Under the pieces are notes generated by a model, which did no database searches, was not told where the DNA came from, and saw nothing but the letters and a program-made list of their open reading frames with translations. This document shows positions 48,690 through 64,000 of a DNA stretch of 64,000 nucleotides, piece by piece. Position numbers and translations under genes: made by a program. Source of the DNA: Eledone cirrhosa (Eukaryota); contig OZ024743.1 in NCBI GenBank assembly GCA_964016885.1, positions 246,202,001 to 246,266,000 of the forward strand, given 5' to 3'. Each line of letters begins with the position of its first letter. The stretch's first letter is position 1.

Positions 48690-49500
48690 AAATGTCTACG
48701 ACGAGGGTTTGGCTAAAGAGGAAAATATGTCTTCAACCCATTCAGTCTTGCTCACCGCATAGCTACCAGGCAGATAAAAACTGCCTGCCCTTCCTGGGTT
48801 AATGAATTCAGCTGATAGCTAGTTGTTTGATATAACACCAACGTCAGGAATACATAAGCAGGATGAATGTGTAGAATGGTTTCGTTGTGTTGTGCACGAA
48901 GGACAGGTATGTTTCACGGCACTTCCGTGTCTGTAGAGTTTATCCCGGACTGGCAATACCCCTCGGTAGCAGTGTTAGACGAGGGGTTTCTGAAAATCAT
49001 CCATGGGCTCTGGATCGAAAGTCCTCCAGAATAGACTAGCCAGATAATTTTCTCTCCGAGAATGTCATCACTTTTACCCGCCACTAATCCTCTACAACAC
49101 GCTATAGTGGAACTTTCACTGACCACATTGTTCGACTGGTAGAGGGCTATGAGCTCTTGATATTTCAATTGCCAAGCGCTTCTTTCGCAGTGAAACGTAT
49201 CCCTTCCAGAAAAGGCGAAAGAGCAGACGCTCCAGCCCGGTAGATGTAAACTTGGGCAATGCATGGCGGTCGGGCGGTTCCAGATTATGGAAGCGATGTA
49301 GGCATTCGCCACCTCGGTTCGACCTTTCAGGGATAGCTTCTTCGCGTCCTATTTCTGGCCTAAACGGGCCTCTTTGCTCGTTACCTCGTCTCAATTCTTG
49401 TCCATATGGAGATATGGAACAATTCAGACCCCGAGTAATTAGACCGGTCTGTCCGTCCAGTGCCCCACGAAGCTGTTGGACGGTATAGAACTGCCTCTCC
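48690..49500 (-). mobile_element. Old degraded L1/Tx1 ORF2 3' fragment
   Basis: Minus strand gives KLSLKGRTEVANAYIASII, ERLLFRLFWKG and RGLVAGKSDDILGE, homologous to the Tx1 copies. Confidence 0.8.
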
Positions 49501-49554
49501 AGAAGCCGATTGTTATTATTATTAGTTGTAGTAATAGTAGTTTCTTCCAGCTTT

Positions 49555-49805
49555 TACATTCCGAGTTCAAATCCCGCTGAGGTCAACTTTGCTTTTCATC
49601 TTTCCAAGGTCGATAGAATAAATTATCATTTGTAATCAACTTTCCTCTTCAAATTGCTGGCCTTGTGCCTATGTTAGAAACCATTATTATAATGGCAGTA
49701 TAATATTATAATGGCAGTATAAAGGGCGGTGGATTGGCAGTATCGGTAGAGGGTCGGACATACTTTAACGCAAAGTTACGGCCCTAGCCATTCTGAGTTC
49801 AAATC
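49555..49805 (+). mobile_element. Tandem family B SINE fragments, followed by a CT-rich tract to ~50415
   Basis: GAGTTCAAATCCCGCTGAGGTCAAC... then GGGCGGTGGATTGGCAG...GAGTTCAAATC running into (CT/CTTT)n. Confidence 0.75.
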
Positions 49806-50119
49806 TCTCTTTCTCTTTCTCCCTTTTTCTCTCTTTCTCTCTGTCGCTTTTTCTCTCTTTCTCTCTTTCTCTCTTTCTCTCTCACTCTCTATCTATATCT
49901 CTCTCTTTCTCTCTTTCTCTTTCTCTCTCTTTTTCTCTCTCTCTCTCTCTCTCTCTCTTTCGCTCTCTTTCGCTCTTTCTTTCTCTTTCTTTCTCTCTTT
50001 CTTTCTCTCTTTCTTTCTCTCTCTGTCTTTCTCTCTTTCTTTCTCTTTCTTTCTTTCTTTCTCTTTCTTTCTGTTTCTTTCTCTCTCTTTCTCTCTCTCT
50101 TTCTCTCTTCTCTCATTCT

Positions 50120-50150
<31 letters not shown>

Positions 50151-50276
50151 GCTCTCTCTTTCGCTCTCTCTTTCGCTCTCTTTCTTTCTCTTTCTTTCTC
50201 TCTTTCTTTCTCTCTTTCTTTCTCTCTGTCTTTCTTTCTCTTTCTTTCTCTTTCTTTCTCTTTCTTTCTCTCTCTT

Positions 50277-50307
<31 letters not shown>

Positions 50308-51649
50308 TCTCTCATTCTCTTTTTCTCTCTCTCTTTCTCTCTGTCTCTCTTTCTTTCTTTCTCTCTCTCTCTTTCTCTCTCTCTCTTTCTTTCTCTCTCT
50401 TTCTTTCTCTCTCTCAGAACAGGTAATAAGCCCAGACTAGGTATGAAATGTAGGCCCACGAAGCAGGTAAAAGGCCCAGGTCTGATGTAAATTATAGGCC
50501 ACATTTCAAACTGCCTATTAAGCATTTTAATAATGATTGCTAAATAATATGATTTAGGTTACAGGTATATTACATAGAGATGTTTAATTACTAACAGAAC
50601 AGAATAAAAGACCTTGAACTTGAGGGGTGTAACTTCCAACCACAAAATTGTAGGCTCATACCAACTTGTCTACTCCTTCCCCACTCTAGTGTGGGTGTGT
50701 TATACAGAATATACACCACACCGTAGTGGTATGTGTGTGTAAAAAGCAGTATCCAATTAGGCGTATGGAACTCGGCCTGTGAGCGTGCTTGTTACTGCTT
50801 ATACCTGATTAGGTACAGCAGGCCTCCTACAATGCTGCATCTCCTAATAAGTTTCTTTGGTGCTTTAACTATAGTCTTAAATAATAATAATTTTCTACTT
50901 TTTGCTTTCTGGTGCTTTATTTATCGACATCGTAAGGATGAAAGGCAAAGCTGGCCTCGGCAGGATTTGAACTCAACGTAAAGGGTCATATCTCTATGCT
51001 GCAAAGCATGCCGTCCGACCCTTCACCGATACTATACAGTGCTCAGGTGCACTACACCTCACATCTATATAGGTTTCAGTGGCATCACATAGGGTGTGCC
51101 TTCATAACAGAGGCCCCAGTCATGCCATGGGGCTTTTGTGTGTGTGTGTGTGTGTGTGTGCACGTGCGTGTGTGTGTGTATATATATATACCATATTTTA
51201 CATTACTCCTTCAGGTATAACATTTATGCCTGAACCACCCTGATTCTGTTTGTTTTAAAGTGTTTATATTTATTTAAAACGTTTAGTCATTATGTACGAA
51301 CCTGTTATGGTCCAAATACCAGCTTAATAATAAGAAATTTAGTTACATTACTAAATCCCTAAGAATTTTTCATTATTTTCAAAATAATCAGAAAATCATA
51401 GTCATTGTCTTTCATTAGAAATATAGAAATGGAAGGGTTAAGGCAGGATGTATCGATCTTCGAGATCCGGTTTCCAGTTTTGGTTGAAGCTGTTTCTCTT
51501 TACACTGATAATGCTGCTGGAAAAGCATGAGTAGTATAACGGCATTCCTTCCCCTACCCACAAATCTAGAACCCTCGGTATAGTCATGAGACCCTGTTTC
51601 AACTCAAGCTGCTTATTTAAAATTGTGTGTGCGCGTGTGCATGCTATGA

Positions 51650-51900
51650 AGGTGCGCGGCTCAGTGGTTGGACTGTTCAGCTAACAATCGTATGGTCATG
51701 AGTTCGATTCCTGGCGGCACATTGTATTCTTGAGTAAGGCTCTTTATTTCACCTTGCTCCAGTCCATTCCGTTGTGGGAAAAAAATGAACCTATAATTCA
51801 AAGGGCCAGTCTGGTTGGACAAGAATTACTTTATGGTCGCGTGTATCTGTAAAATACTCAGCCGCTTGTGCGTTAAATTCATGACCAGGCTGTTCTGTTG
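51650..51900 (+). mobile_element. SINE family A
   Basis: GGTGCGCGGCTCAGTGGTT...GAGTTCGATTCC head, then TTGTATTCTTGAGTAAGGCTCTTTATTTCAC CORE-like segment. Confidence 0.75.
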
Positions 51901-52073
51901 ACAACTGATCATGAATTTAACGCTTGAGTTATAGGTTCGAGACGTATCTGAGGATCTTGCCATTTCAGAGTCGGGTTCGATCATTGCATCGATCGTGCCT
52001 CGAGCTGGTCGCCAGAGAAACGATTGTAATATGTCTAATAAATTTTAATTCGTCGCACCACTGATTCTGTTTA

Positions 52074-52458
52074 TCTTCTTCTATATATAGAAAAGCAAGG
52101 ATGTGTGTGTCTGTGTACAACTTTGGATACCTAAGGCTTTCACAATTGCCAACTGAATTTGAACAAATTTTCTGTGCACGTTGCACAGGTCGCTAAGATG
52201 GTCGCATCACAAACATTTTTCAAATCGACCCACGTTGAGCAATAAAAAATCGATATCAAAATTATCGGTAGCAAAATTGATGTAAGAGAGATAACCAACT
52301 TTATTGACAATCCTTATAAAAAAGGGTGATAACCAACTATATTGACAGAAATATAAACATCTGATTCATTTGAAGATAAATCACTATTATTACCGTTTGT
52401 TTCTTGTGTATTCTTTGTTACATTTCAAACCCCGGGCAACGCCGGGTAAATCTGCTAG
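52074..52458 (+). mobile_element. Complete non-autonomous Helitron (~385 bp)
   Basis: A|TCTTCTTCTATATATAG 5' end, subterminal hairpin CCCGG-GCAACG-CCGGG (52431-52446), terminal CTAG|T at 52455-52459. No TSD. Confidence 0.85.
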
Positions 52459-53104
52459 TGTTATATATATAATATATATATATTATATTATATTATATTA
52501 TATATATTATATATATATATATTATATTATATTATATTATATTTTATATTATATTATAATTTATATTATATTATAATTTATATTATATTATAATTTATAT
52601 TATATATATATTATTTTATATTATATATATATTATTTTATATTATATATATATTATTTTATATTATATATATATTATATTTTATATTATATATATATTAT
52701 ATTTTATATTATATTATATTATATTTTATATTATATTATATTATATTTTATATTATATACATATTATTTTATATTATTTTATATTATTTTATATTATATA
52801 TATATTATATTATATATATTATATTATATTATATTATATTATATATATTATATATATTATATTATATATATTATATTATATATATTATATATATTATATT
52901 ATATATATATATTATATTATATATATATATTATATTATATATATATATTATATTATATATATATATTATATTATATATTATATATATATATATATTATAT
53001 ATATATATATATTATATATATATTATATTATATATATATTATATTATATATATATTATATTATATATATATTATATTATATATATATTTATATATATATT
53101 ATAT

Positions 53105-53138
<34 letters not shown>

Positions 53139-53181
53139 ATTATATATATATATTATATATATATATTATATATATATATAT

Positions 53182-53213
<32 letters not shown>

Positions 53214-54727
53214 ATATTATATATATATATATTATATATATATATATATTATATATATATATATTATATATATATATATTATATATATATTATATTATAT
53301 ATTATATTATATATTATATATATATTATATTATATATAGATTATATTATATATATATATATATTATATTATATATATATATATATTATATTATATATATA
53401 TATATATTATATTATATATAGATTATATTATATATATATATATATTATATTATATATTATATATATATTATATTATATATTATATATATATTATATATTA
53501 TATATTATATTATATATTATATATTATATTATATATATATATATATATTATATTATATATTATACATATATTATATTATATATTATACATATATTATATT
53601 ATATATTATACATATATTATATTATATATTATACATATATTATATTATATATTATACATATATTATATTATATATTATACATATATTATATTATATATTA
53701 TATTATATTTTATATTATATTATATTACATATTATATATATTATATTATATATATTTATATTATATATATTATATTATATATTTATATTATATATTTATA
53801 TTATATATATTTATATTATATATTATATTATATATTTATATTATATATATATTATATTATATATTTATATTATATATATACTATATTATATATTTATATA
53901 TTATATATTTATATTATATTATATATATACTATATTATATATTTATATTATATTATATATATACTATATTATATATTTATATTATATTATATATATACTA
54001 TATTATATATTTATATTATATTATATATATACTATATTATATATTTATATTATATATTTATATTATATATTTATATTATATTATATATTATACATATATT
54101 ATATTATATATTTATATTATATTCTATATTATATATATTATATTATATATTTATATTATATATATACTATATTATATTATATATTTATATTTATATTATA
54201 TTATTTATATTATATTATATATTTATATTTATATTATATTATTTATATTATATTATATATTTATATTATATATTTATATTATATATATATTGTATTATAT
54301 ATTTATATTATATATATACTATATTATATATTTATATTATATTATATATTTATATTATATTATATATTTATATTATATTATATATTTATATTATATTATA
54401 TATTTATATTATATTATATATTTATATTATATTATATATTTATATTTATATTATATATATTATATATTTATATTATATATATATATATATATTATATATG
54501 TATTATATTATATATTTATATTATATTATATATTTATATTATATTATATATTTATATTATATATATATATATTATATATGTATTATATTATATATTTATA
54601 TTATATATTTATATTATATATATATTATATTACATATATATTTATATTATATATATATTATATTACATATATATTATATTACATATATATATGTATATAT
54701 ATTATATTATATATATATATTATATTA

Positions 54728-57700
54728 GGGCGGTGGATTGGCAGTATCGGTGGAGGGTCGGACGCCATGCTTTCCAGCATAGTTACGTCCCTTTACGATC
54801 TGAGTTCAAATCCCGCCGAGGTTGACTTTGCCTTTCACCCTTACGGGGTCGATAAAATAAAGTACCAGTAATGCACTGGGTAATTGCTCGCCTTGTGCCT
54901 AAAGTAGAAACAATTATATATATTATATATATTATATTATATATATATTATATTATATATATATTATATATATATATTATATATATATTATATATTATAT
55001 ATATATATTATATTATATTTATATTATATATATATTATATTATATTATATATATATATATTATATATATTATATATATATATATTATATTATATATATTA
55101 TATTATATATATATATATTATATTATATATATATATATTATATTATATATATATATATTATATTATATATATATATATATTATATTATATATATATATAT
55201 ATATATATTATATTATATTATATATATATATTATATATATATATTATATATATTATATTATATATATTATATTATATATATATATTATATATATATATTA
55301 TATATATATATTATATATATATATTATATATATATATATTATATATATATATTATATATATATATATTATATATATATATTATATATATATATTATATAT
55401 ATATATATTATATATATATATATTATATATATATATTATATATATATATTATATATATATATATTATATATATATATTATATATATATATTATATATATA
55501 TATTATATTATATATATTATATTATATATATATATTATATATATATTATATATATATTATATATTATATATATATTATATATTATATATATATTATATAT
55601 ATATTATATTATATATTATATATTATATTATATATATTATATATTATATTATATATATTATATATTATATTATATATATTATTTATTATATTATATATAT
55701 TATATATTATATTATATATATTATTTATTATATTATATATATTATATATTATATTATATATATTATATATTATATTATATATTATACATATATTATATTA
55801 TATATTATACATATATTATATTATATATTATACATATATTATATTATATATTATACATATATTATATTATATATTATACATATATTATATTATATATTAT
55901 ACATATATTATATTATATATTATACATATATTATACATATATTATATTATATATTATATTATATTTTATATTATATTATATTACATATTATATATATTAT
56001 ATTATATATATTTATATTATATATATTACATATTATATATTTATATTATATATTTATATTATATATTTATATATATATTTATATTATATATTTATATTAT
56101 ATATTTATATATATATTTATGTTATATATTTATATTATATATATACTATATTATATATTTATATTATATTATATTTATATTATATTATATACATACTATA
56201 TTATATATTTATATTATATTATATATATACTATATTATATATTTATATTATATTATATATATACTATATTATATATTTATATTATATATTTATATTATAT
56301 ATTTATATTATATATTTATATTATATATTTATATTATATATTTATATTATATTATATATTATACATATATTATATTATATATTTATATTATATTCTATAT
56401 TATATATATTATATTATATATTTATATTATATATATACTATATTATATTATATATTTATATTATATATTTATATTATATATATATTGTATTATATATTTA
56501 TATTATATATATACTATATTATATATTTATATTATATTATATATTTATATTATATTATATATTTATATTATATTATATTATATATTTATATTATATTATA
56601 TTATATATTTATATTATATATATATATATATATATTATATATGTATTATATTATATATTTATATTATATTATATATTTATATTATATTATATATTTATAT
56701 TATATATATATATATATATATTATATATGTATTATATTATATATTTATATTATATATATATTATATTACATATATATTATATTACATATATATATGTATA
56801 TATATTATATTATATATATATATTATATTAGGGCGGTGGATTGGCAGTATCGGTGGAGGGTCGGACGCCATGCTTTCCAGCATAGTTACGTCCCTTTACG
56901 ATCTGAGTTCAAATCCCGCCAAGGTTGACTTTGCCTTTCACCCTTACGGGGTCGATAAAATAAAGTACCAGTAATGCACTGGGTAATTGCTCGCCTTGTG
57001 CCTAGAGTAGAAACAATTATATATATATATATATATATATATTATATTATATATATATATTATATATATATATATATTATATTATATATATATTATATTA
57101 TATATATATTATATATATATTATATATTATATATATATATTATATATATATTATATATTATATATATATATTATATTATATTTATATTATATATATATTA
57201 TATTATATTATATATTTATATATATATATATATTATATATATATATATTATATATATATATATTATATATATATATATTATATATATATATATTATATTA
57301 TATATATATATTATATTATATATATATATTATATTATATATATATATATTATATTATATATATATATATTATATTATATATATATATATTATATTATATA
57401 TTATATTATATATATATATATTATATTATATATATATATATTATATTATATATATATATATTATATTATATATATTATATTATATATATATATTATATAT
57501 ATATTATATATATATATTATATATATATATTATATATATATATTATATATATATATTATATATATATATTATATATATATATTATATATATATTATATAT
57601 ATATATTATATATATATATTATATATATATATTATATATATATATTATATATATATATTATATATTATATATTATATATTATATTATATATTATATATAT

Positions 57701-59088
57701 ATATTATATATATATATTATATATATATATTATATATATATATTATATATTATATTATATTATATATTATATATATATATTATATTATATATTATATATA
57801 TATATTATATTATATATATATATTATATATATATATTATATTATATATATATTATATTATATTATATATTATATATTATATATATATATTATATTATATA
57901 TTATATATTATATATATATATATTATATATATATATATATTATATATATATATTATATTATATATTATATATTATATATATATATTATATTATATATTAT
58001 ATATTATATATTATATATTATATTATATATATTATATTATATATATATATTATATATTATATATATATATTATATTATATATATATATTATATATATATA
58101 TTATATATATATATTATATTATATATATTATATTATATATATTATATTATATATATTATATTATATATATTATATTATATATATTATATTATATATATAT
58201 ATTATATATATATTATATATTATATATATATTATATTATATTATATATTATATATATATTATATTATATTATATATTATATATATATATATATTATATAT
58301 ATATTATATTATATTATATATTATACATATATTATTATATATATTATATTATATATTATACATATATTATTATATATATTATATTATATATTATACATAT
58401 ATTATTATATATATTATATTATATATTATACATATATTATTATATATATTATACATATATTATATATTATATTATATTATATTATTATATATTATATATT
58501 ATATTATATATATTATTTATTATATTATATATATTATATATTATATATTATATTATATATATTATTTATTATATTATATATATTATATTATATATTATAT
58601 TATATATTATACATATATTATATTCTATATTTATATTATATATATTATATTATATATATTATATTATATATTTATATTATATATATTATATTATATATTT
58701 ATATTATATATATTATATTATATATTTATATTATATTATATATTTATATTATATATATATTATATTATGTATTTATATTATATATATATTATATTATATA
58801 TTTATATTATATATATATTATATTATATATTTATATTGTATATATATTATATTACATATATATATGTATATATATTATATTATATATATATATTATATTA
58901 GGGCGGTGGATTGGCAGTATCGGTGGAGGGTCGGACGCCATGCTTTCCAGCATAGTTACGTCCCTTTACGATCTGAGTTCAAATCCCGCCGAGGTTGACT
59001 TTGCCTTTCACCCTTACGGGGTCGATAAAATAAAGCACCAGTAATGCACTGGGTAATTGCTCGCCTTGTGCCTAAAGTAGAAACAATT
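54728..59088 (+). mobile_element. Three near-identical family B SINEs at 54728-54915, 56831-57018 and 58901-59088
   Basis: Copies differ by only a few bases and share upstream flank TTACATATATATATGTATATATATTATATT. Periods are 2103 and 2070 bp. Confidence 0.93.
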
Positions 59089-59349
59089 ATATATATATAT
59101 ATATATTATATTATATATATATTATATTATATATTATATATATTATATTATATTATATATATATTATATTATATTATATTATATTATATTATATTATATT
59201 ATATTATATATATATATATATTATATATATATATATATTATATATATATATATATTATATATATATATATATTATATATATATATATATTATATATATAT
59301 ATATATTATATATATATTATATATATATATATATTATATATTATATTAT

Positions 59350-60994
59350 ATGTATAAAGAAACAGTCAGTAAGGTTAGAATTAACAACGTATATAGTGAA
59401 GAGTTTAGCGTAAAAGTTGGTGTCCATCAGGGCTCTGTTCTTAGCCCCCTACTATTTATTATTGCCCTTCAGGCTATAACAGAGGAGTTCAAGACCGGCT
59501 GCCCATGGGAACACCTATACGCAGATGATCTGACACTCATAGCTGAATCAATGACCGAACTAGAGAAGAAATTCCAAACATGGAAGCACGGCCTAGAATC
59601 AAAAGGCCTTAAAATTAACCTGGCTAAGACTAAAGTACTAGTTTGTAGGAAACAAAATAAGGCGGCGGTCCCATCTGGGAAATGGCCATGCTCAGTGTGT
59701 AGGAAAGGCGTAGGTAGAAACTCCATTTTATGTCCCAAATGCAAAGTATGGGTGCATAAAAGATGTAGTGGGATCACAGGTAAGCTAACTAAGAACATAG
59801 ATTTTACATGTGGCCGGTGCTCTGGTGCAATAAGTAGCAGCAAGTGCCCACAAAATACTAGCTCCTTCAACTGCGCAGAGGGTTCTATAGAAATAGTGGA
59901 CAGCTTCCGTTATCTGGGTGACAAAATCAGCAGTGGGGGAGGGTGCTCTGAAAGTACAGTAGCTAGAGTCAGAACTGGATGGAAAAAGTTCAGAGAGCTT
60001 ATACCACTATTAGCCGCTAGAGGGTTCTCCCTAAAAATGAAAGGCAGGTTATACAATGCCTGCATACGAACAGCAATGCTGCATGGCAGTGAGACCTGGG
60101 CATTGTGTGCAGAGGATATACGCAGACTAGAGAGGAACGAAGCTTGCATGCTCCGCTGGATGTGCAATAGTAATATACGTGAACGGCAAAGCATAAACGA
60201 ACTAAGGAAAAAATTAGAAATAAGAGGGATCAGATGTTGTTTACTCGAGAGAAGGCTACGTTGGTACGGTCACGTGATGCGCATGAAAGACGACAGCTGT
60301 ATAACAAAGTGCAGGGCAATAAAGATAGACGGTAGCCACGGAGTAGGCAGACCCAGAAAAACATGGGACGAGCTGATAAATTCCGACCTCACACGCTTAC
60401 ACCTCTCCAAGACAATGTCACTGGACCGAGACCTTTGGCGGTACTCAGTAATAGAGAAGACCCGCCTTACCTAAATACAAAGTAAAAACCTACTACAGTC
60501 AGTAGGCATCTCTATCAAAACACACCCCCGTCCCACCACCTCCACCCCACCCACACCGCCCCTTTCAATGTAAAGTTATGTTGGTAAAGTTATGTTGGTC
60601 CCACAACATCCAGGCCGAAACAAATGAGATCGTGTAGGTGTCACGACAAAAAACACACAGTCCACGCTGTAAATGTGGCCATGTAGGCAACACGGTAAAA
60701 ACCTCCCAGCCCCACACTGTAAATGTGGTTGGTGTTAGGAAGGGCATCCAGCTGTAGAAAACCCGCCAGACAGTCCACGCTGTAATGTGGCCGTGTAGGC
60801 AACACGGTAAAAACCTCCCAGCCCCACACTGTAAATGTGGTTGGTGTTAGGAAGGGCATCCAACTGTAAAAAACCCGCCAGACAGTCCTATGCGAGCAAG
60901 ACAACCACTCTTGCCTCAAGTGGGAAAACCCCCGTCCAAACCCATGCAAGCGTGGAACACGGACGCTAAACCTGATGATGATGATGATGATGAT
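59350..60994 (+). mobile_element. RTE-clade LINE, 5'-truncated, open RT frame 59350-60474 with an internal PHD finger, duplicated 3' UTR segment and (GAT)n tail
   Basis: GVHQGSVLSPLLF, LYADDL, GLKINLAKTK, FRYLG, LHGSETW, RRLRWYGHVMR, GRPRKTW. Tandem ~117-bp GGTTGGTGTTAGGAAGGGCATCCA repeats at ~60655-60890. Tail at 60973-60994. Confidence 0.93.
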
Positions 60995-61149
60995 ATTATA
61001 TATATATATTTATATATATTATATATATATATTATATATATATATATTATATATATATATTTATATATATTTATATATATATTTATATATATTATATATA
61101 TATATTATATATATTATATTATATATTATATATATTATATATTATATAT

Positions 61150-61199
<50 letters not shown>

Positions 61200-63440
61200 A
61201 TATTATATTTATATATATATTATATTTATATATATATTATATATATATATTATATATATATATTATATATATATTATATATTATATATATTATATATATA
61301 TATATATATTATATTATATATTATATATATTATATATATATTATATATATATTATATTATATATATATATTATATATATATATTATATATATATTATATA
61401 TATATTATATATATATATATTATATATATATTATATTATATATATATATTATATATATTATATATATTATATTATATATATATATATATATTATATATTA
61501 TATATTATATTATATTATATATATATATTATATTATATATATATATTATATATATATTATATTATATATATATATTATATTATATATATATTATATATAT
61601 ATATTATATTATATATATATTATATTATATTATATATATATATTATATTATATATATATATTATATTATATATATATATTATATTATATATATATATTAT
61701 ATTATATATATATTATATTATATATTATATTATATATTATATTATATTATATATATATATTATATATATATATTATATTATATATATATATTATATTATA
61801 TATATATATTATATTATATATATTATATTATATTATATTATATATATTATATTATATTATATATATTATATATATATTATATTATATATATATATTATAT
61901 ATATATTATATATATATTATATTATATATATTATATTATATATATATTATATTATATATATATTATATTATATATATATTATATTATATATATATTATAT
62001 TATATATATTATATTATATATATTATATTATATATATTATATTATATATATTATATTATATTATATATATATTATATTATATATATTATATTATATATAT
62101 TATATTATATATTATATTATATATATATATTATATTATATATATATTATATTATATATATTATATTATATTATATATTATATATATATATATTATATTAT
62201 ATATATTATATTATATATATATTATATTATATATATATTATATTATATATATTATATTATATTTTATATATATTATATTATATATATTATATTATATATA
62301 TTATATTATATATATTATATATATTATATTATATATATTATATTATATATATTATATTATATATATTATATTATATATATTATATTATATATATTATATT
62401 ATATATATTATATTATATATATTATATTATATATATATATATTATATATATATATATTATATATATATATATTATATATATATATTATATATATTATATT
62501 ATATATATTATATATATTATATTATATATATTATATATATTATATAATATATTATATATATATATTATATATATATATATTATATTATATTATATATATT
62601 ATATTATATTATATATATTATATATATTATATATATTATATTATATTATATATATATTATATATATTATATATATTATATTATATTATATATATTATATT
62701 ATATTATATATATTATATTATATTATATATATTATATTATATTATATTATATTATATTATATATATATTATATATATTATATTATATATATATATATTAT
62801 ATATATTATATTATATTATATATATTATATTATATATATATATTATATTATATATATATATTATATTATATATATATATTATATTATATATATATATTAT
62901 ATTATATATATTATATTATATATATATATTATATTATATATATATATTATATTATATATATATTATATTATATATATATTATATTATATATATTATATTA
63001 TATTATATATTATATATATTATATTATATATATATATATTATATTATATATATATATTATATTATATATATATTATATTATATATATATATTATATTATA
63101 TATATATATTATATTATATATTTATATTATATTATATATTTATATTATATTATATATTTATATTATATTATATATATATATTATATTATATATATATATT
63201 ATATTATATATATATATATTATATTATATATATATATATTATATTATATATATATATATTATATTATATATATATATATATATTATATATATATATATTA
63301 TATTATATATATATATATTATATTATATATATATATATTTATATTATATTATATATATTATATTATATATATTATATTATATATATATATTTTTTTAAAT
63401 TATATATATATTTTTTTTTTATATTATATTATATTATATA

Positions 63441-63730
63441 TCTATATATATAAAACTGAGGATGTCTGTCTGTGTGTGTGTCAGTTTGAATCCCTAAAAC
63501 TCGAGAACCACCCAACCGACTGTTTTCAAAATTTACACGTGTAATACTTATGTTTCAGGGAGTGTTCTGAGCCAAAAGAAATTCAAATTTTCAATGCTCT
63601 AGGTACAGCATTAGGCGATTTAACGATCTCTCTCTATAATTTTTAGTCTTTCTCTTTTTAGATAGATACATACATATAACGTCGCGCCCTTATATGTCTG
63701 TATGTCTGGTTGTCTGCATTACATCACTTC

Positions 63731-63771
<41 letters not shown>

Positions 63772-64000
63772 CCCTAAAACTCGAAGTCCCTAACCGATTT
63801 TTTTCAAACTTAACATGTGTATTACTTATGTTTCAGGGAGTGTTATGCACATAAAATATTCAAATTTGTGATCTCCTAGGGCCCGCATTAGGTGAAAAAC
63901 TGCGTTTTTAAGCTTTTTAGGTGTTTTTTAAGGCGTTACGTCAGACCGATTTCCTTGAAATTGTAGTTATGTATTAGTCAGCATCTTCTTTATACCATAA
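63441..64000 (+). mobile_element. 5' part of a non-autonomous Helitron-like element (runs off the window)
   Basis: A|TCTATATATATAAAACTGAGGATGTCTGTCTGTGTG start. Internal direct repeat GAATCCCTAAAACTCGA..TACTTATGTTTCAGGGAGTGTT at ~63488 and ~63768. Confidence 0.7.

Larger units (their letters stand above)
52460..63440. repeat. ~11-kb almost pure A/T low-complexity tract (TA/TATAT mosaics), interrupted by 3 SINEs and 1 LINE
   Basis: Seen directly; source of all Y/I/L-rich ORFs. Confidence 0.97.

Noticed and set aside
52370-63544. Very long Y/I/L-rich ORFs (up to 884 aa)
   Set aside because: These are translations of TA/TATAT repeat that happen to lack stops. Only 59350-60474 (RTE RT) is real coding-derived sequence.
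46559-64000. Further ESRP exons
   Set aside because: I saw no segment encoding the expected next motifs or RRMs; short diverged exons could have been missed by eye.

Overview
Repeat-dense eukaryotic genomic DNA, most likely a coleoid cephalopod (Octopus-like). That assignment is inferred from the SINE families, LINE repertoire and extreme microsatellite load. The only host gene I can support is the 5' end of an ESRP1/2 (fusilli)-type splicing regulator on the + strand, with coding exons at 45728-45853 and 46415-46558; the next exon was not found in the window. The rest is mobile DNA: several disrupted L1/Tx1-clade LINEs with (TATC)n ends, one CR1-type LINE, two RTE-type LINEs (one with a twin-priming-type 5' inversion and TSD, one with a PHD finger inside the RT), a truncated Penelope-like element (PLE), two tRNA-derived SINE families, non-autonomous Helitrons, hAT MITEs, an 82-bp satellite and an ~11-kb almost pure A/T tract. 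The most striking signal is a set of at least seven short non-coding elements of unrelated sequence, mostly embedded in or beside (TA)n tracts. They carry minimal type I hammerhead ribozymes (intact, mutated or half) in tandem, inverted or fold-back arrangements, resembling PLE pseudo-LTRs and non-LTR retrozymes. All calls were made by eye; coordinates of degraded repeats are approximate.
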